Below are positions 54,728-64,000 of a DNA stretch of 64,000 nt, piece by piece (position 1 is the stretch's first letter; each line of letters begins with the position of its first letter). Under the pieces are notes generated by a model. It saw only the letters and a list, made by a program, of their open reading frames with translations. It had not been told where the DNA came from and made no database searches. Position numbers and translations under genes: made by a program. Source of the DNA: the human T2T-CHM13v2.0 reference genome, Homo sapiens; NCBI RefSeq assembly GCF_009914755.1, contig NC_060941.1; one strand, 5' to 3'.

Positions 54728-57700
54728 TGCCACATTTTAAAAATATGCACAGGACTAAAGATACACTGTATCTTCTACAAATGGATCATTCTTAGAGCAA
54801 TCATTTTTCTTGCCTCATCTTGTATTTTTTGCTTTTTAAACAATATAATTTTCTCCATGATGAGGGCAAAGTTAAATTGTTTATAATAGTTTAATCACAG
54901 GTATATATACACTAGTTTTATGCCTTCAGGATGAAAACAATTACAGAACTTTAGAATTATAATAGAAAAAGAAAGCTGGTGACCTACACAAAATGTAAGC
55001 TTTACTTAAAGCAGCATTTTCCTATATTTTCTGCTAACTAAATACTTAAGAAATAGTATTATTTTACTTATTAATTTGTATAGTAATATATAAATAATGC
55101 AAATTTATTATTAAATTCACATGTAATACTAAATAGACACAACATTATTGCATACTAATGAAACATGATTTTCACATCAGTGCATCCAAGCCAAAATATG
55201 CTGAGAATTTTTGCCCCCTCTATTTGGAAAATTCTGTATGACCTATGCTTTTGGTGTCAGAAAAACAGCATCTCCCCCACACACTTTTTTAAATGGCCTA
55301 GTTATGAAAAACTCTATCAATATTTTGAATATATACAGAAAGTTCCTGGGCTATCTTAAATACGGCACTTAGATAATATGATAAAACTTCATCTAAAGAA
55401 AATAGAGAATTGTAATGTGTGGTTTTACCAGGAGTCCACCAAAAGTATCTTATTCTCTTTTTACAAAATTAAAGTGAAATAATAAAAACTTTTCCCACCA
55501 ACCTTCTAATGCCTAACATTAAACTTTGTACATTGCAGTAAAGCCCACTTAATACTTAAAACACACTCTGCCCTCTCTAATACAAATAACTCAGTCCATC
55601 AGGGGATGAGTAGCACAGCTTGGTGTGTACACAGCTGGAACACCAGGCCACCACTCTGATGTGACCATGTGTGTCACTAGGGAGAAGAGGGGAACAAAAA
55701 ACAGGGTTACATTAACAGCAACAGCTTCATTAGGCTGGGGGAAAAATAGAGTTTACATAGCTTGGTTTTTCCAAGCAATCAGTCCAGTTTGATCCAAAGA
55801 AACAAAAATATATACTACCTCAGGACCAAGCAAATGGCATTAATGGATAAATATTAGTGATGAAATACTATTTTGGTTATGCAGGTAGGATATGAATCAT
55901 TTTAATACAGGTGTAAGTATCTTTTACTCTTGGAGTGAATTATCATTTGATTTTATAATTTCTTTTTATAGTTTTTCATAACAAATTCAGAGACAAGAAA
56001 ATCAGATATAAGAAAGAGATAATAACACTTGGAAATTAATATTAGGCATTAACTCCTAAATAATTTCTAATCTCAGCTATGTTTCTAATTTCTACTTCCT
56101 AAAGACACTTTGTAAGTATTCCTGGCACAGTGATGAAACAACTGTCCTAGAATTTGCTAGGCTGTGACTTAAAATATACTTTCTTATGACTCATAATATC
56201 TACAAAATTATATTTCTTAAAGCACTTTGTTTTTTGATTTGAGAATAATAATATTCTCAATAAATTAAAATGAAATTTTAGCACATTAAAATAAAATCTA
56301 GTAATTACATTTTATGAAAGTACTAAAGAATCTAAAGTTTCCCCACCAGATTTTATTTCCAATGTTTTAACATATGGAAAATATCATCAATTATATTGGT
56401 CAATGTCCTTTATATTAAGTCTAATGGCATAAATTTCTCTCAGAACTGAGAACTAGAAAAAAAAGAACTGCTATGATTTTTGTCATTACATAATTAGAAT
56501 TATACAATTCACAGCAAAGTTTCCCTCTTTGCTGTGGCTTCCAGGCAAGCGCAGAGCTAAAATTTCCGCTTAACTGTAATATTTTTTCTTCAGTATAGAT
56601 TTTCTAATGTGGTGAATATAATTTATTGCTTAATTATTTTCAGTTATTTTAAGTGTATGTTTATTATAAAATGCTGCTTTAGATCCTTTTGATAGTAGCT
56701 GGCATATAAAAAAATTAAAATGTTTTCACTAGAAAAATGCTACCAAAGACCAAAAGCCATGTATGTAGGTATAACAAGAACATTCAGACTATACATATTG
56801 TTAAATTTACCCTTCGAGTAATCTTTAAAGAATGATAGCCAATGTTCAAGCCCCTGGATGCAGGCACACACTCAGTTTATAAATGGAGATTTTTATCTTG
56901 GGCCCAAATTTGCAAATGCATGGAAAATCAGGTAATGCAACTGAGATACAATTTTTAAAATTAAAATTGTCCTATCAATATCTTTCCAGGAAAACTTTTT
57001 TCTAAGTAGAAAAGAATTATTACAAATTCTACATTTCGGAATCAGTGATAAGTTCAGCTCTTAATGTGAATCACTATGGCAAAATCAAGATAATCTGTCC
57101 ATTTATTATGTAAAAATTGTTCATATTAGATTTATGATGCTCAGTGTAGGGAATTAAGAAAGGCATTTAGGTGCCAATGTTTTGCAAGAGCCACTGTACT
57201 ATATGCAAATGCTAAATTCAATATATTTTTCAGATATGGCTGATGACCTTCTGCAAGGTTGCTGCATTTAATTTGCATGATACTGATGGTGATGCACAAT
57301 GGCTGCTGGTTACCCTAGGTGCCTAAATGTCTCTACTGCAACAGGTCACAGAGTGGTCCTAAGATGGTGACGCCACCTCTGGGGAGAATCACAAAGGTTC
57401 TATGCAACAATCTCTACGGTAGTCACACACACCACTCACTGTGGCAACAAACGTAAAACATCAAGCAATCTCTAAATGGTTCAGGGCCCTAAAAAGACAA
57501 GTAAGGGATCAAGGAACCTATGTTCTATTTTTCCTCTAATTCAACAGGATAAACTATAGAAATTCTTTCATTATATTATAGTTCAAAAGCAAAATAAGAA
57601 TTACATGTAGAACTTCCATGTCAGAAGAAGCTAAGATTATATTTATAAATTTTCTTCATATTAAAATATGATTGAATCAATGAGATCATTCTCCAAAATA

Positions 57701-60530
57701 ATTTCAATAAGAGAGACCTGGTAAATGAGAAATATTCGACAATGAGGTTATGAATTTCTACAAGTCTTGATTTCTACCAGTCTGAATGCTTTTTCTTAAA
57801 CATATGACCTTAGATAGATACCAGACTGAACATCTTGTATGATGGTGGTAAAATTTAATGTGCACATTAGCAAATTTAAGTATCAAAATATAATATATCC
57901 TGCCATTGAAAATCAAAGTACTATAACAAAAATATAATATAGACAAAATAATTACCTAACTGAACCAAATAAAATGAGGAGACTACTTCATTGTTCTTGG
58001 TGCATTTCTATGTCTTATCATTGCTCTTTAAAACAGAAATTATTAGAATAACAACCTATAATAATTATAAAACATATTCACCAAAAGGGAGTCCCCTAGT
58101 TGGAACGATTCACCTTAAGGTTGGTAACTATACTTTATAATAATGATTTTCTAATCAGCATACAATGTACTACATATTTGGAAGAAGTCAAAAATAGATT
58201 TTAAGGAAACTGTACTCATTTAAGAATCTGGTGGAAGGGAAGCAGCAAACAAAGCCATAGATTTCAAAATAGATATTTCACTGGTCCTCTTTTGGTTAAG
58301 TATTTCTAATAGCCCTTTTTACAAAATGGCCTCCATTGCTAAACTAGAATAGCCACACATTAACTGAAAATCAAATCTCTAACTGAAAATCAAATTAAAA
58401 AATTATACAATCTAATATTTAATACGTTTGTTCTGCATCAAACTACAACACAGTGATTTGAAAAAGATCTATTTTGAAAATTATATGCCTACTTTGTTTT
58501 CTTGAAATTTGTGAATGAATTTAGAACTTAAAAGGTATTATACATTACATTATTTAGACCACAACCATGAAGAGATAGATTTTGAAAATTTAAGACTTAC
58601 CTGAAGGAAACTTTGAATTAATATCCTCAGTAAATAACCAAAGATAAATACAAATTATGAGTATTTTGGTACACATGATAAGATTTTTTAAAGTACAGCT
58701 CATTGCTAAAACTTTAAAAAATTGTATTCTCTAAGAACGACTAAGTACAACATACACAAAATTATTTTCCTTTTGAGCAAGAATGCATTTAGCCTGTTTC
58801 CATTGCTTACTGGCATTCCCTTGACAGCAATTCCAATTAGTAAAACGTTCCAAGAAAGACACGAAATATGAGAAATACAATCCTAAATTACAGCATTTGA
58901 GGAGGTCATATAGTCCTCATACTTAATGTTTCAATAGGAAGAAATTCAATTAATAGCCTCATTGTACTATCCCTGTGGCTTTATTATACGTAATAGAACT
59001 AAAATTTCCCTTTTGTTATGATTGGATGAACCGCACCCTATATGGCAGACACGACTCATGCAAAATCACAAAGGTTCCCTCTAAATTTGGCCTCCACTTG
59101 TATCGGCTTCCCATAGCAGCCCCCAAATAATAGGAAGTTATGCAAATTAGTGTATTTTATTTTATCCATTATACATTTCTACTATGCAAACAAATCCTAC
59201 ACTGACTCAGAACCCATATCTCTTACCATGGGAAAACAATGGTAAGGTTTAACATCATATTTGAAAGAGAATATGAACTAGACAATATTCCTAATAAATT
59301 GAATGGCTAAGAGTCAAAACACCAGCATATATTTCATAAAGGCTCTAATGAGGCTGGTGGCAAAAATATAATACACGATGATTTAACAGGAACCACCTAA
59401 GTATTCTCGTACCATGGGCACTACAATGACTACCTTTTTAGGTAGCAAGCCAGCGTAAAACAAGTTGAAAATAATTGTACTGTAAATGTATACCATTGAC
59501 AACAAAACCTGTGCTGTGTATATTCATATTGCATCAGTTATTCTCTGAATATAGAAGACAACTCAAGGTCAAATGAAAAATAACCAATAACTCCTATTCT
59601 TTGCCTTACCACCTCCCGCTGTCCACTCAAAAAAATTAACATCTTACTTAATTAGTAGTGTGTTTATGTTTAGATAATCACAAGATTGTTGAAAGACATA
59701 ATATAACAGAAGGTTTGTTTTGTTTGAAAATTATATTATTTGCGGAGGAAGAATAACTACAGGAAGAAGCTTGTGTGGTGTGGTTAGCATGGTTAGATTT
59801 CAATGGGAAAAGGGGTATTTAGACCTAGTATACAATATGTTTTTATTAGAAAAGAACATTATCTTTTTATTGTTATCAATTGCTCTTAAATTTTTCTTTA
59901 ATGCAATTTCACAGCAATCTCAAGAGGATACACTAAAGGCCCTTGATTATATATACTCTACAGAATGTATTGTATCACAAAGATACACATCCAATAAGAT
60001 TTCTTTTTTCATCTGAAATTTATAAAGATAATTTTCCATGCTGACAGTGCACATTTCATCCACAAGTTTGAGGAGTCAAATGCTACCACAGCTGGGGGTT
60101 ATTCTGCCAAATGGCTTCCAACAGGGACTACAGAGATGTGGGCTAGGAGGCATGTGTGTGTGCAGGAAAAAGCAACAGACCTGATGGGAAATAGCCCTTC
60201 TCTGGAGTCATTTTTATCAATTACCATCTGAGTGATCTAATCAAATATAGTCTAATGAAAACAGCAACACTAGGAAGGAAAAGCAAATATTAAAACAGCT
60301 GCTTGATTACCTACAGAGATTAAAACAAAAAGCAAGGAGTGAGGCTGATATATTTCATAGGGATTTGCTAAGGCTGAAGGGAGGGGTAAGGGGCAGATAC
60401 CTTAAAAAAATCCATCATGAAAGGAACTGAGACAAGATCATAAAAAAGGGGGCCAAGTTATAGCGCGCCATGGGATTTTTAATCTGGCTACCTGTGGTTT
60501 CTGTAGTTAAGGCTTTATTCATCCCAAAAC

Positions 60531-60557
60531 GGGGGGGGGGGGGGGGGGGTGGGGGGG
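60531..60557 (+). repeat. G19-T-G7 homopolymer tract
   Basis: Direct reading; followed by an A-rich tract at 60560-60575. Confidence 0.9.
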
Positions 60558-60702
60558 AGAAAAACAAAAAAAAAATCACATTTATATGTTAGTTTTGCAA
60601 ATGATCAAACAGCGTGCATCAATAAGAATAATAAGAAAACATTAAACGCTGATGACTTTTTAAAAACAGATACCCGTTTTATCAAATATTATTGATAATT
60701 AC

Positions 60703-60885
60703 CTGTGCATCTCGTTTCTTGAACTCCTGAATTTGATTTTCGTGCTCCATATTGGCAGCGCGAAGCTGTTTTTCCAGGTTTTCAATTTCCCGTTCATGGT
60801 CTCGGACTAGGCTATCCTTCTCTGCGTTATGCTGCTGTAATAGGTGCGTCTTCTCCTGTTCATGCTCCAGCTTCAGCTCTACTAT
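60703..60885 (-). CDS. CEP112: CEP112 internal coding exon, 61 codons (IVELKLEHEQ...FKKRDAQ), phase 0/0
   Basis: Acceptor ...ctcctcattgtccaatcag|ATA (plus-strand ct at 60886-60887); donor CAG|gtaatt (plus-strand ac at 60701-60702); 183 nt open, E/Q/K-rich coiled coil, locally CpG-retaining. Confidence 0.93.
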
Positions 60886-62087
60886 CTGATTGGACAATGA
60901 GGAGGACAGTTCATCAACAGAACATCCTTGTCGTCATGACAACTCATGTACAGCTTAATTTTTCTCTAATTTGTCCAAGTTGAAAATTTTTATTTTTACA
61001 TCATTATTACCTCACCCTCGAAATACTCTCATTTGTTGGGGTGGTGGTTATGCAAACCTCCTAATATTCAAAATAGTTGGGCATATTCAGTAAATCCTTC
61101 TTCAATCTGTTGACACAAATGTCTGAACATTGAAAAAAATTATCTCGAATGCTAGTCACTTCCTCCCCAAGAATTCGGGTATTACTGATCAGCAATGGTT
61201 ATAAATGGTTAATAGTACGCTTTGCTTTTTGCTTAAATATACACATGTAAAAAGCAGCAATTAAATCGGTCAGCTTTCTTCATGATTTACAAATAAAAGA
61301 TCGGAGCTAAATATGCATCTGGATTCTTGTATATACAGTTGTCTTTTAAAAAATAAAATGATAAATTTCAAAGCTCTATTATCTCGTTGTCAGCTACGGT
61401 ATACCAACATAAACAGATGTTATGTGTTCCAGAAGGGCACCTGCTGTGCTGCAAGCTTGCGCCATGATTTCATAAAGAGCATTCTATTCTCAGGATCCTT
61501 TCCCAGTCCACTCCACACTGGAGACTGTGACCTTGGCCAGTCTTAGCCTCTCCCCGCTAGACTGAATGGCAGCCCGAGACCAAGGGCCTGGTTGCCGCAG
61601 CTTTGATACTAATCCTCCCAGACTGTGCACAATGGCACCCTACCTGGCCTGCAAACTATAGCCAGCCAGGCTGTCTTTGAAGCAGGTGATGAATAGGGGA
61701 CGGCAGGAAGCCAGCTTCCCCAGTGAACTCCAGGCCACACAGCTGCTAAGAACAGTCACTTGGATTTTTCTTCAGTTTTGGTGGATTTCAGGGGGAAAAA
61801 CTGCTGTTATCTAGAATATGTTGTGTTATTTTCGGCGTGAGAATCCATCTTCAAAAAAGCTAACAGTAGGAGCCTGCTCCAAATCGATCTTGTTTCGTGC
61901 AATGAATCACCAGACTACCTTATCTTAAAGCTATAGCATTCATTTCTCCAGGCATGCACACTGCACTAAATTTCAGAAGTTTTCTTTTTAAATTTGAAAT
62001 TCTTATCCCTTATGACAAGTCAAGAATCAAAACACAAATGAAATTTGCTTTAAAACATAGGTTTCAAAATGTTTTCTTATTGTGATT

Positions 62088-64000
62088 AAAGAGTAGCGGG
62101 TACCATTCCTTCTGAAACTATTCCAAACAGCGGAAAAAGTGGGACTCCTCCCTAATTCATTTTATGAGGCCAGCATCATCCTGATACCAAAACCTGGCAG
62201 AGACACGACAAGAAAAGAAAATTTCAGGCCATTTTCCCTGATGAACATCGATGCAAAAATTCTCAATAAAATACTGGCAAACCGAATCCAGCAGCACATC
62301 AAAAAGCTTATCCACCATGATCAAGTCGGCTTCATCCCTGGGATGCAAGGCTGGTTCAACATACGCAAATCAATAAACGTAATACATCACATAAACAGAA
62401 CCAATCACAAAAAACACATGATTAACTCAATAGATGCAGAAAAGGCCTTTGATAAAATTCAACATCCCTTCATGCTAAAAACTCTCAATAAACTAGGTAT
62501 TGATGGAATGTATCTCAAAATATTAAGAGCTATTTATGACAAACCCACAGCCAATATCATACTGAATGGGCAAAAGCTGGAAGCATTCCCTTTGAAAACC
62601 GGCACAAGACTCTCACCACTCCTATTCAACATAGTATTGGAAGTTCTGGTCAGGGCAATCACGCAAGAGAAACAAATAAAGGGTATTCAAATAGAAAGAG
62701 AGAAAGTCAAATTGTCTCTGTTTGCAGATGACATGATTGTATATTTGGAAAACCCCATCGTCTCAGCCCCAAATCTCCTTAAGCTGATAAGCAACTTCAG
62801 CAAAGTCTCAGGACACAAAATCAATATGCAAAAATCACAAGCATTCCTGTACACCAATAATAGACAAACAGAGAGCCAAATCATGAGTGAACTCCCATTC
62901 ACAATTGCTACAAAGAGAATAAAATACCTAGGAATCCAACTTACAAGGGATGTGAAAGACCTCTTCAAGGAGAACTACAAACCACTGCTCAAGGAAATCA
63001 GACAGGACACAAACAAATGGAAAAACATTCCATGCTCATGGATAAGAAGAATTAATATCGTGAAAATGGCCATGCTGCCCGAAGTAATTTATAGATTCAA
63101 TGCTATCCCCATCAAGCTACCATTGACTTTCTTCACAGAATTAGAAAAAACTACTTTAAATTTTATATGGAACCAAAAAAGAGTCTGTATAACCAAGATA
63201 ATCCTAAGCAAAAAGAACAAAGCTGGAGGCATCATGCTACCTGACTTCAAACTATACTATGAGGCTACAGTAACCAGAACAGCAAGGAACTGGTACCAAA
63301 ACAGATATATAGGCCAATGGAACAGAACAGAGGCATCAGAAATAATGCCACACATCTACAATCATCTGATCTTTGACAAACCTGACAAAAACGAGCAATG
63401 GAGAAAGGATTCTCTATTAAATAAATGGTGTTGGGAAAACTGGCTAGCCATATGCAGAAAAATGAAACTGGATCCCTTCCTTACACTTTATACAAAAATT
63501 AACTCAAGATGGATTAAAGACTTAAACGTAAGACCTAAACCCATAAAAATCCTAGAAGAAAACCTAGGCAATACCACTCAGGACAGAGGCATGGGCAAAG
63601 ACTTCATGACTAAAACACCAAAAGCAATGGCAACAAAAGCCAAAATTGACAAATGGGATCTAATTAAACTAAAGAGCTTCTGCACAGCAAAAGAAACTAT
63701 CATCAGAGTGAACAGACAACATACAGAATGGGAGAAAATTTTTGCAATCTATCTATCTGAGAAAGGGTTAATATCCAGAATCTACAAAGAACTTAGACAA
63801 ATTTACAAGAAAAAAAACAACCCCATCAAATAGTGGATGAAGGATATGAACAGACACTTCTCAAAAAAAGCCATTTATGCAGACAACAAACATATGGAAA
63901 AAAGCTCATCATCACTGGTCATTAGAGAAATGCAAATCAAAACCACAATGAGATAACATCTCATGCCAGTTAGAATGGTGATCATAAAAAGTCAGGAAAC
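62088..64000 (+). mobile_element. 5'-truncated primate L1PA element (ORF2 region), continuing beyond the window
   Basis: High similarity to L1 ORF2 from gtaccattccttctgaaactattcc onward; antisense to CEP112. Confidence 0.96.
62139..63833 (+). pseudogene. L1 ORF2 remnant, 564 open codons including the RT domain (FADD), non-functional
   Basis: No endonuclease domain; QGCP motif deleted (KTGTR^LSPLL); premature TAG at 63831-63833 before the C-terminal cysteine-rich domain. Confidence 0.92.

Noticed and set aside
57369-57386. CTCF-like CCCAGAGGTGGCG on the minus strand
   Set aside because: Only the 3' half matches the core; three consecutive mismatches in the 5' half.

Overview
Primate (human-like) genomic DNA lying entirely inside the minus-strand gene CEP112 (CCDC46, centrosomal coiled-coil protein). 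The gene was recognised from the peptides; in human it lies on 17q24 next to AXIN2. Only two coding exons are present: 60885-60703 (183 nt, 61 codons) and 10617-10387 (231 nt, 77 codons), both phase 0 with GT-AG boundaries and separated by a 50,085-nt intron. The rest is intronic. It contains about 20 Alus (J, S and Y types), old L1/L2/MIR remnants, two MLT1 LTRs, an LTR16-like element, a complete 1.97-kb MER52 solo LTR with TSD, a Tigger1 end with a nested MER107-like element, several microsatellites, and a 5'-truncated L1PA element running off the right edge. I see no unrecognised protein-coding gene, RNA gene or CRISPR-like array; nearly all ORF-track entries are repeat artefacts. The most notable unexplained structures are: (1) a 185-bp inverted duplication (16005-16189 vs 17598-17782) marking an old local inversion that broke an L1, an Alu and a Tigger1; (2) a 32-bp nested palindrome of TCF/LEF and TALE/E-box motifs at 44809-44840 in a repeat-free block, a candidate Wnt-responsive enhancer; (3) two near-perfect RFX X-boxes; (4) paired POU/SOX modules sharing an exact 14-mer; (5) a candidate poison exon and a candidate recursive splice site in the long intron; (6) an exon acceptor whose pyrimidine tract seems to come from an antisense L1 remnant. 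Repeat subfamily calls and boundaries are by eye and approximate. All regulatory claims are motif-level inference.
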